32,000 bases of DNA from Wolbachia endosymbiont of Onchocerca ochengi (GTDB taxonomy: Bacteria > Pseudomonadota > Alphaproteobacteria > Rickettsiales > Anaplasmataceae), in the NCBI RefSeq assembly GCF_000306885.1, contig NC_018267.1:210001-242000 (forward strand), written 5' to 3'. Shown piece by piece: positions 22,105 to 31,129 of this stretch; the stretch's first letter is position 1; each line of letters starts with the position of its first letter. The position numbers and the translations under genes are program-made. Below the pieces are notes generated by a model. It did not search any database and had not been told where the DNA came from. It worked only from the letters and a program-made list of their open reading frames with translations.

Positions 22105-22698
22105 TTAATAGAGAGCTTTAACTTCACCTAGCTTCTGTTTATTTTCCAGCCTATAATGGGCTAATAGTCCTGCATGGCTAGCATTTAATACAGGTAAACT
22201 ACAATCCATATATGTAGTGCAGTTATTGTTTATCATCCCAGTATCTAGACACTGGGATTTAGCAATGTTACGTACTACAGTTGGGTATGATAATGGTAAT
22301 AAATTGAAACTAAATAATTGTGTATAAAATCCTTGAGCATTTTTAATTATAGCCCTAATATTTTTTTTACTATTTGTACGAAGCAATGATATTGCGTATG
22401 CCTGAACTTCTAGTGTACTAACTCCATACAATGGCTTATCTGTAACAAGATTTATGCCTTTTGCAGCTGATATACCAACTCTAATTCCAGTAAAACTCCC
22501 AGGTCCAACTACTACCACTAAATGGTCTATTTCATTATAAGTATAGTTATGCCTACTGAACAGAGCATCTAAAACTTGAAAAAACGACTCTACGTGATTA
22601 TTGCTGGTGGAATTGTGTTCTACTAAACACTTACCACCATGATCGATTATCGCTATTGAGCTACTAGAACCTACAGTATCAATTGCTAAAATGGACAT
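22105..22698 (-). CDS. tsaB: tRNA threonylcarbamoyladenosine biosynthesis protein TsaB
   Basis: MSILAIDTVGSSSSIAIIDHGG, HVESFFQVLDALF, VVVVGPGSFTGIRVGISAAKGI, typical TsaB N-lobe. Confidence 0.92.
   Translation of the reverse strand: MSILAIDTVGSSSSIAIIDHGGKCLVEHNSTSNNHVESFFQVLDALFSRHNYTYNEIDHLVVVVGPGSFTGIRVGISAAKGINLVTDKPLYGVSTLEVQAYAISLLRTNSKKNIRAIIKNAQGFYTQLFSFNLLPLSYPTVVRNIAKSQCLDTGMINNNCTTYMDCSLPVLNASHAGLLAHYRLENKQKLGEVKALY
22235..22258. repeat. 24-bp near-perfect palindrome (1 mismatch) within tsaB
   Basis: ATCCCAGTATCTAGACACTGGGAT: 8-bp arms ATCCCAGT/ACTGGGAT, one A:C mismatch, then self-complementary TCTAGA core. Confidence 0.9.
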
Positions 22699-23562
22699 TA
22701 TTTAAGTTTACTATAGAGCTTTACAAATATTACAGTAAAGGCACCATTCATCTATAACTATAACATTCACTAAAATTATTATCAAATCAAACGCTACATA
22801 TAATGCAGTAATTAACAAGAGCATTTCCTGAGAAAACTTAGGATTCTCCTCAAGAAATAGATAACATTACTATAATTCCTCCTGCTGAACCGCAACGATA
22901 GCAAACTTAAATAAAAATAGAAAAGGAAAGTCACATAGTCTATTATATAACGCACAACCAGAAGTAATTATAATCAATTATATTATAATAAAAGAAAGCA
23001 ACCCACCCACAGGTAAAAGCTAGTAGTTATCGACACAATAAATAATACTATATCAAATTGCTTCACGTTTTTTACTCTCTGGCAAGAGCAAGCGGCAAGA
23101 TTGTATTACCAAACAGTACTCATTGCAGTAATAAATGCTCTAAGCATCATATTGCCTATACTAGTTACTTAACTTGGGATTTTGAATGAAGTTGCCGCTC
23201 CACACAAGAGAAAAATATAGAAGTAAACAAATGTTATATATAATAACAAAAATTACTGAGTAATCTTTTGAAGATTACAAGATAAAACCTGGTCATGCTG
23301 CCTTTTAAAGTAAGACCGAGTATAAATACCTGAATAACTGAAGTCAAAAACACTTTCAAATAAACTAAATCAAATCTGATATTTCGTATGAAAGTTTTTC
23401 ACTTATCCTCAATAGAAATACAAATATCACTATGCTGTATATAAATCCATAAACAAGAACATAAAAGTTAGAAAGCAGTACGGGTAGCTTAAACGACCAT
23501 GAAGAGTAATTGTTTTTATATATTATATTTTATATAAAATAAGTGTTTTGTAGATAAAACGC

Positions 23563-23817
23563 CTAATCAAGTAGGCGATTAAACTTGAAGCTAGATTCAA
23601 CATGAAAATCGTTATAATAAGCAACAATATAAATCTTATAGCTTATTACTAAGATTGTTAGCACTGCTAATATTAACGTAAAGACAATAAAAGGCATCAT
23701 AAACAGCAAAATTCCTTTGATGCTTAAATTTAACAAGCACAAAAGGGTTTTCACTTCTACTAGAACTAAATAACCAAAAAACATAACTAAAATAATATCA
23801 GCAAGTAATGTTAACAA
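23563..23817 (-). CDS. Hypothetical small membrane protein, possibly spurious or degraded
   Basis: 84-aa ORF with two hydrophobic segments (ADIILVMFFGYLVLVEV; GILLFMMPFIVFTLILAVLTILVISY); no recognisable family. Confidence 0.3.
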   Translation of the reverse strand: MLTLLADIILVMFFGYLVLVEVKTLLCLLNLSIKGILLFMMPFIVFTLILAVLTILVISYKIYIVAYYNDFHVESSFKFNRLLD

Positions 23818-25129
23818 TTACAACATTTCTTAATATAGCAATATTATTAAGGAGATAATGGGTAAACCAGCCATTAAGTAAAACAAAACTACCTGAACCA
23901 CTATATATACTTATTAAAAACTTAACTTTAATCAATCAAAACCATGTAATCAGAGTTAGTTTTGAACTTTTTAATGGTTCCTTCAGAATTAAATTTTACT
24001 ATATCGAATAGCATGAAGTGCTTATAAAAAGAGAGTTTTCAAGGCTTAGAGTATATAATGTTAGTTTGTTCGTACAACACCTTAACCACTATTAAAACAT
24101 GTCAAGCTTAACCTGTGAGAACCAGAGCAGTAAGTAATACCTGCATTTGTGTAATGTGTGTTGTTTACTTCATGATCATACTTTTCCCCAAATTTACTAC
24201 CACTACCATATAAAAAAAATGCAATCAAGATCAAACAACTCTAATTTCAAGCTAAAATTTCAGTGTAGTAGTTGATTACAGCATTTACACCCTTTAGGAG
24301 TTTCACTTGCACAATCAGTTAGATTTTTCCTCATAAATTTACTAGTTAAGCAGCAGTAAAATTTATATCATCTGATAGACTATTTTTACAGGAAAGATTA
24401 GCAGCAACTAGATCGCTATGTTGTAAGTCATTTTCTCTTGTACATAATTAAGTCTCAGTTGAAAAGCTATTAAATCACAGGAGATATATAGCTTATTATC
24501 TGTTGCTTTAACTTTAATTTAAGTCTATTATAACCATAATAAATATTGGGTTTAATCTAAAAGATCATGTTTTTATCATACCTAACACTATTATTCTTCT
24601 TTTCATCATCACGTAAATTTGCATAGTTTATCCGGCAACCACTTACTCTACAAGCAGCTGTATAATTTTTTGAAGTATTGGTTAGTATACTCTAGCTAAT
24701 TAAGCTTTCTTACCATATTCAATCAACCCAAGTTCCAGACTTTTAATGATAAATACTATTCTTCATGTCTAATTTTCCTATGTCTAACATTTTTAGGTTT
24801 ACAACATTAAAACCCATTTGAGTATTTGAATAAACTTGCTGTAAATAAAGAAAGAGAAGTACAAATAACTCGAAATCTTATCTTTAGGCTGAATATTAAA
24901 AGAATCCTTGTTAAAAGGATCACTAAATCTCAAATCTATTTTTTTATCTAGTCCACATAAAATATTCCCTTGTCCAGAATTACTCTAGCATTAATACCAT
25001 TTTGTGAAAACAATACCAAAAGCAGTACAGCTAAGCAATAACTCAACTTTACAGATAAACTTAAGTCTTTATATAAAAACATAAGTTTAAGCTCAACATA
25101 GATAAAAAACAACTTCCAGAAGGCTACTT

Positions 25130-25672
25130 TGGCTAAATGTTAAGCTTTACTGCCAGTTTCTAAGCCATATTTTCCTAAACAACTCCTTACATCATCAGCT
25201 ACTTTTGCACTTAAAACACTGATTAATGTCTTATCAAGTAGACTCTCGTTTTTATGTTTCGGTAAATCTCTTGCACCTTAATTGAATCCTAAAATTGATA
25301 AAGTTTTTTTTCTTTATCTTGACGAATAGATATCATTAAATCATCTTTCTTTTTTACAGTTATAAAATCTTCCACACTTTATACTCTATACAGCAAATTT
25401 ATAAGCATAATGGAATTATAGCTAAATGTTAAACCACGGCACTTATTATGTGAGAAACATAAACTACAAACCTGCTACTATCTTTTGATAGAAATAGAGC
25501 CTTTCAAGCTTTTCCATTTACTCAATTTACCTGACATTTTATCAACAGCCAAAGTAACTGATGTGCTAATTAATGTAGCAACCCAAATAAAAGCAGTATA
25601 AATATAATTAAAAATTATATTAACAAATTTAGCTATTCTTGCAACTATGATCTTCTGCTTTGCCTGGTACAC
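25130..25672 (-). pseudogene. Possible decayed protein gene of unknown family
   Basis: Minus strand ORF MYQAKQKIIVARIAKFVNIIFNYIYTAFIWVATLISTSVTLAVDKMSGKLSKWK..., then separate-frame pieces VKKKDDLMISIRQDKEKKLYQF and LLDKTLISVLSAKVADDVRSCLGKYGLETGSKA broken by stops. Confidence 0.3.
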
Positions 25673-26142
25673 TTCCCAAGTAGCGTATCAACAAGCTCGA
25701 ATAACCCAAGTAATAGTTGTTTGTTATCAACTAATCTCTTTACTATTAAATATAACAAATATACAAATATTGAAATATAAAGATTGTAGAACTATAAAAG
25801 TGGTGCACTATAATCAATTCTACTATAAGATACATAATAGGCATACTTTTCATCACTTTTAAAACTGTGCAAACACTAAAAGCAAATTTCACTTTAGACC
25901 ACGACACTATCAATACAGTGGATAAATTTATAGGAATAGTTTTATATAATCTTGCTATTATTTTTTCTACAGAGAAATATTTCTATATTTAGCATTTTTC
26001 TAAAATTCTTATAAATCTCTGACATTTTCATTTTCAATGAATATACAATTATTGTTGCATCATTTAAAATGTATTAATTACATGTTGTACAAAAGCATAT
26101 ATTACGATACTATCGTAGGAGGTTAAGAATAAAGAGGTTAGT

Positions 26143-26742
26143 ATGAGTTTTACTTTACCTGAGTTACCATATGATAAAACAGCTTTAGAGCCCTACATAT
26201 CTGCAAAGACCTTGAATTTTCACTACGATAAGCACCATAGAGGATATTTAAATAAGCTCAATGAGCTAGTTGAAAATACGGACATGAAAATTGAAGAATT
26301 AATAACGAAAGTCCATGGCAATAGTAACAAAATTTCTATATTTAACAATGCAGCACAAGTTTGGAACCACACTTTCTATTGGAACTCAATGAAAAAAAAT
26401 GGCGGCAGCAAGCCTAAAGATGACAGTCTTCTCGCAAAAAAAATTCAAGATGATATTGGTGGCTTTGATAGATTTTATGAAGAATTTTTAAGTTATGGAG
26501 TAAGCCAGTTTGGTAGTGGGTGGGTGTGGCTAGTGCTTGAAAAAGGAAAACTCAAAATCACCAAAACTCCAAATTCTGACCTGCCATTAATCTATAATCA
26601 AGTGCCACTGCTTACTATGGATGTCTGGGAACATGCATACTACTTAGATTGCCAAAACCGCAAAATTGACTATATAAAAGCTTTTCTTAATCATTTGATT
26701 AACTGGGACTTTGCAGAAGAAAACTTGAAAAAGAACATATAA
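26143..26742 (+). CDS. sodB: Superoxide dismutase (Fe type)
   Basis: 199 aa; FHYDKHHRGYLNKLNEL, FNNAAQVWNHTFYWNSM (Gln typical of FeSOD), GSGWVWLV, DVWEHAYYLDCQNRKIDYI; preceded by an AGGAGG-like RBS region. Confidence 0.96.
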   Translation: MSFTLPELPYDKTALEPYISAKTLNFHYDKHHRGYLNKLNELVENTDMKIEELITKVHGNSNKISIFNNAAQVWNHTFYWNSMKKNGGSKPKDDSLLAKKIQDDIGGFDRFYEEFLSYGVSQFGSGWVWLVLEKGKLKITKTPNSDLPLIYNQVPLLTMDVWEHAYYLDCQNRKIDYIKAFLNHLINWDFAEENLKKNI

Positions 26743-26743
26743 A

Positions 26744-28015
26744 ATGAATGCACCACAGGTAACAAGATTAGATAATGGTTTGCGCATAATAACTGAGCAA
26801 GTATATAATGTTGATCCCATAGCTTTTAATATACGAGTTGACGTTGGGAGTAGAGCTGAAAGCGCAAATCAAAATGGCATATCCCACTTTCTAGAACACA
26901 TGGCTTTCAAAGGAACAAAGACCAGAACTGCATTTGAAATTGCAAAAGCTTTTGACGACATAGGCGGAGTTTTCAATGCTAGTACTGGTAGAGAAAGCAC
27001 TAATTACTATGCAAAGATTCTTAAAAAAGATATAAAAACTGGCATTAATATATTAATAGATATATTAATGAATTCCACGTTTCCAGAAGACGAATTGAAA
27101 CGTGAAAAGAGTGTTGTAATACAAGAGATTTTTCAGACTAACGATTCACCAAGTGATATTATTTTTGACAGATATTTTGAGGTAGCTTATAAAAATCAAC
27201 CATTTGGTAGACCAATCTTAGGTACACAAGATACTGTAAAGTCTTTTAGTCGAGAAGATCTAAATAACTATATAAATGAGCATTACTTTAACAGAAATAT
27301 ACTATTTGCTGCTGCAGGAAATATTGAACATGAGGAAGTTGCTCAGTCAATTAAAGATTTTCTCTCAAAAACTCACCTAAAAGACCTGAAGAAAAGACAA
27401 AATGCAAGCTACACTGGTGGTGAATATTTAGAGTATCGTAAATTAGATCAGGTATACTTGATAATAGGTTTCCCCAGCGTTTCCTATCATGATGATAGGT
27501 ATCACACATTTCAAATACTTGATTCCATACTAGGAAGCGGGATGTCATCACGCTTATTCCAGGAAGTAAGAGAAAAACAGGGATTAGCTTACTCAGTTTA
27601 TTCTTTTAATTCTAGCTATACTGACACAGGAATGCTTTCCATTTTTGCTGGTACAGACAGCAGCAATTTAAGCAAATTTTTAAAATCTATAACGATGGAG
27701 TTGAAAAAATTGTCTACAAGTGATCTAAAGGAAGAAGAAGTAAACAGAGCAAAAGAGCGAGTAAAATCACAAATTTTGATGTCACGTGAGAGCGTTAGCT
27801 CTCGTGTTGAAGCGTTGGGCCACTACTATAGCACCTTTAATAAGTATATCAGTAAAAATGAACTAATAGAAAAAATTAGCGTAGTTACCACTACTGATGT
27901 AAAAGAAGCAGCAAAGGAGTTATTATCTCAACATGAGAAAACCACTTTAGCCGCAATTGGAGAAATTAAGTCATTGCCAAGCTATGATAAAGTAGTCTCT
28001 ATGCTTAGAACTTAG
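26744..28015 (+). CDS. M16 family zinc metallopeptidase (mitochondrial processing peptidase-like)
   Basis: 423 aa; inverted zinc motif HFLEHMAFKGT with downstream ELKREKSVVIQE; SSRLFQEVREKQGLAYSVYSF. Confidence 0.95.
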   Translation: MNAPQVTRLDNGLRIITEQVYNVDPIAFNIRVDVGSRAESANQNGISHFLEHMAFKGTKTRTAFEIAKAFDDIGGVFNASTGRESTNYYAKILKKDIKTGINILIDILMNSTFPEDELKREKSVVIQEIFQTNDSPSDIIFDRYFEVAYKNQPFGRPILGTQDTVKSFSREDLNNYINEHYFNRNILFAAAGNIEHEEVAQSIKDFLSKTHLKDLKKRQNASYTGGEYLEYRKLDQVYLIIGFPSVSYHDDRYHTFQILDSILGSGMSSRLFQEVREKQGLAYSVYSFNSSYTDTGMLSIFAGTDSSNLSKFLKSITMELKKLSTSDLKEEEVNRAKERVKSQILMSRESVSSRVEALGHYYSTFNKYISKNELIEKISVVTTTDVKEAAKELLSQHEKTTLAAIGEIKSLPSYDKVVSMLRT

Positions 28016-28210
28016 ACATCAAAATATAGATACAGATGCTGCCTCCTTCCTGTTATGGTTACTTTTAAAACACAATACTCATATAATTTCATGTCATACT
28101 ACAATAATTGTACAAGTATTGATCAAAGCAGTAAGCAAATAATTTTAATTGAAAAATAGTTTTTTTACTATATAAATGCTAATTTAAGGCAATCAAGTTA
28201 AGTAGTCAAA

Positions 28211-28732
28211 GTGGAAAATAATAAATATAGCTTAAGTTTAAGGATTATCCATTGGTTAATGGCTGCTTTCATTATCAGCATGCTTTGCCCTATGTTCTAT
28301 ATAAAAAGCTTACCAGTTAACAATAAAATTAAATCCAGTATATATACTATTCATAAAGCTTGCGGAATTACTGTCCTTAAATTGGTTGTAATACGAGCGT
28401 TTTTTCGCGCCTTTAGTTATGTTCCACCACTTTCAGCAAATCTTTCTCGATTTGAAGCCAATGTAAGCAAAGTGGTACATTTTGTTTTATATTTTCTAAT
28501 GGTACTGATGCCATTATCTGGTTATGTTATGTCCTCTGCTTCTGGCATAGAGATCAAATACTTTTTCCATATCCCTTTATTAATTAGTAAAAATAAAGAG
28601 CTAACTAATGTAGCAAACAAGCTACATTCAATATTTGCATACCTTATGTTATTTTTTATAACATTACATATAATTGGTGCTTTAAAGCACACATTCGTAG
28701 ATAAACAAAATATTTTTAAACGCATTATATAG
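28211..28732 (+). CDS. Cytochrome b561 family protein
   Basis: 173 aa, four TM helices with candidate heme-ligand His residues: RIIHWLMAAFI, IHKACGITVLKLVVIR, VVHFVLYFLMVLMPLSGYVMS, LHSIFAYLMLFFITLHIIGALKHTFVDK. Confidence 0.9.
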   Translation: MENNKYSLSLRIIHWLMAAFIISMLCPMFYIKSLPVNNKIKSSIYTIHKACGITVLKLVVIRAFFRAFSYVPPLSANLSRFEANVSKVVHFVLYFLMVLMPLSGYVMSSASGIEIKYFFHIPLLISKNKELTNVANKLHSIFAYLMLFFITLHIIGALKHTFVDKQNIFKRII

Positions 28733-28738
28733 CTTATT

Positions 28739-29779
28739 ATGTTAAGCAGCCTCTGGAAAAAAGGAGCGAATTTCCTTGGTAGTGATTTTGCAATAATGGG
28801 TGGTGCCATGAGCTGGGTTTCAGAAAGAAGCCTGGTTTCAGCAATCTCAAATGCCGGTGGTTTTGGTGTAATTGCATGCGGTGCGATGTCTCCTGATTTA
28901 CTGAAAAAAGAAATCATGGAGACACAAAAACTAACTAACAAGCCATTTGGTGTAAATCTAATTACTATGCACCCAAATTTGAATAAGTTGATAGATATAT
29001 GCATTGAAACAAAAGTAAGTCACATAGTTCTTGCCGGTGGATTGCCAATGAAGGCTAGTATAGAAAAAATCAAGAATATGGGCATAAAGGTAATATGCTT
29101 TGCGTCATCATTAAACCTTGCAAAGAGGTTAGTAAAAATGGGAGTAGATGCGTTAATAATAGAAGGAATGGAAGCAGGTGGGCATATAGGCCCTGTTAGT
29201 ACTTCCGTTCTCGTACAAGAAATATTGCCTCATTTTAAAAATAAGCAAACACCAGTATTTGTTGCAGGTGGGATAGGGAGAGGAGAAATGATAGTTAATT
29301 ATCTAGAAATAGGAGCAAGTGGTTGCCAAATAGGTACATTGTTTGTCTGCACGAATGAATCAATTGCTCATAAAAATTTTAAGGAAGTGTTTATAAAATC
29401 AGCTGCACGTAATGCAGTATCTTCTGTACAGATAAGTGCCGATTTTCCTGTAATTCCAGTAAGAGCTATAGCCAACAAAGCAAGTGACGATTTTATGAAA
29501 CATCAAAAAGAAATTATCGATAAATATCAAAAGGGACAGATTTCAAAAGAGGATGGGCAACTTGAGATAGAAAAATTCTGGTCTGGAGCTCTAAGAAGAG
29601 CAGTGATTGAAGGAGATGTTGAAACGGGATCTTTAATGGCCGGTCAAAGTGTTGGCATGGTTGATAGAGAAAAGCCTGTAAAAGAAGTAGTGAATATGTT
29701 AATTCAACAAGCAGATAGTTATATTGAAAGCAAATCTGCGGAAGCAGAAAACCCAGCAATTAGGAAAGCAAATAGTTAA
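28739..29779 (+). CDS. Nitronate monooxygenase / 2-nitropropane dioxygenase family flavoprotein
   Basis: 346 aa; GGAMSWVSERSLVSAISNAGGFGVIACGAM, GLIIEGMEAGGHIGP-like LIIEGMEAGGHIGPVSTSVLVQEI, FVAGGIGRGEMIVNYLEIGASGCQIGTLFVCTNES. Confidence 0.92.
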   Translation: MLSSLWKKGANFLGSDFAIMGGAMSWVSERSLVSAISNAGGFGVIACGAMSPDLLKKEIMETQKLTNKPFGVNLITMHPNLNKLIDICIETKVSHIVLAGGLPMKASIEKIKNMGIKVICFASSLNLAKRLVKMGVDALIIEGMEAGGHIGPVSTSVLVQEILPHFKNKQTPVFVAGGIGRGEMIVNYLEIGASGCQIGTLFVCTNESIAHKNFKEVFIKSAARNAVSSVQISADFPVIPVRAIANKASDDFMKHQKEIIDKYQKGQISKEDGQLEIEKFWSGALRRAVIEGDVETGSLMAGQSVGMVDREKPVKEVVNMLIQQADSYIESKSAEAENPAIRKANS

Positions 29780-30210
29780 CCAATAGATTCAGATTTTTTC
29801 TAGCTATAAAAATAGAACTAAAAATTACCTGACAAATTCTACCAGCTTTCTCATCACAAGAATGAAGGTATTTAGTTATCTTTAATTTGTGCGGATCAAA
29901 ATAACAAAAATATTACGTAGTTTGGTATTTTATACTTAATGCTTAATTTTTTACATTATATATACCTTATGTCTCTACAAAAATTTCTAGTTTTTACCTA
30001 TATAAGCCAAAATGTGTTCATATAGCCTTTAAGACATCATAGAATCCAATCTGCAAGATTAGAGGATACTATCTATCACAAAGTTACTTTTACCTTTTTT
30101 ATTTGGTAAATTTCTTGCATATTAAAGCAATTTATGCATAAACACTTATTTTTACAATCAATGGTGTTATTCCAATGTGTGATACCTGAACCTATATTTT
30201 TCTCCTTTTA

Positions 30211-30235
30211 AATCCCAGTGCTTGACACTGGGATT
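30211..30235. repeat. Intergenic perfect hairpin, 10-bp arms and 5-nt loop
   Basis: AATCCCAGTG-CTTGA-CACTGGGATT; shares ATCCCAGT...ACACTGGGAT/GACACTGGGATT with the element in tsaB. Confidence 0.92.
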
Positions 30236-30696
30236 ACAGATGATCATAGTAATCCATTACAATCTAAAGAAAAAAAGAATAAAAAAGTATAGCTCTTTCA
30301 TTGAGTAAAACCTCATACAAACAAAAACAATAGTAAAAGTACATTACCTGAAAAATAACTGAATAATAAAAATCTTTACATTATTCTTGCAGAAGTCGTA
30401 TTCTTTCAGTAAGAATAGCACATTGTTACAAGAGAAATAACATTGGGGTTGATAAAAGCAGGGTTATTTGTTTTATGACTGCAGTGTTTGCTATAACAGC
30501 ATCCGGATTGCATTTAAGCTTTCTATCAAACAAGTTAATATCTATTAATGTGAATCATCATGTTAATATCAACACATCAATAAATAATGATAAAAACCAA
30601 ATATATATTACACTTGCAGTAAACAAGTAAATACAGTTCTTGCTCGTTGATGTGGAAGTTGCTATAATTAAAAGATATTTAAGAAATATTTAGCTG

Positions 30697-31074
30697 ATGC
30701 ATATTCAATTGAACAGAGTTTTAGTTTTCATAGCCTTGCTGAGCTTCAGTTTCGCATCATACTCTAGCAAAGCAAGTTTAGCAAGTACTGAATTAAAGGA
30801 TATACAAGAAATAATAAAAAACTTTATTTTTTCATTCTCAGTTAAAGATATTATAGAGAATATGAGTCCTTCAACAATTATAGGGTTATGTATAATTGCA
30901 GTGATATTTGCAATAGTGTTCAGGGGCTTAATCTTTTTCATAATAATGTTTGTTGGCATGTTGGTTATGATGCTTGGTAGCATAGAAAAAGCAACGGATT
31001 ACCTGAAAGAGAAATTTAACTTCTCAAAAAGTACAAGCTTACAATCCGATAGCAAAAAAGACAAAGATTATTAA
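30697..31074 (+). CDS. Small secreted/membrane protein, candidate VirB2/TrbC-like pilin subunit
   Basis: 125 aa: signal-like N-terminus MHIQLNRVLVFIALLSFSFASYSSKA, then two adjacent hydrophobic segments (TIIGLCIIAVIFAIVF; GLIFFIIMFVGMLVMML); directly precedes a VirB4-like ORF. Confidence 0.45.
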   Translation: MHIQLNRVLVFIALLSFSFASYSSKASLASTELKDIQEIIKNFIFSFSVKDIIENMSPSTIIGLCIIAVIFAIVFRGLIFFIIMFVGMLVMMLGSIEKATDYLKEKFNFSKSTSLQSDSKKDKDY

Positions 31075-31129
31075 GTATCACTTGCAGCATTTTAGTTACC
31101 TTTTATTTATTAAATGTACACGATGTTAT

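Noticed and set aside
28522-29004. 160-aa minus-strand ORF, plus 27351..27551 and 29514..29759
   Set aside because: Antisense to cytochrome b561, nitronate monooxygenase and M16 peptidase genes with strong motifs.
30705-30983. 92-aa minus-strand ORF
   Set aside because: Antisense to the signal-peptide/two-TM ORF that precedes the VirB4-like gene; no features of its own.
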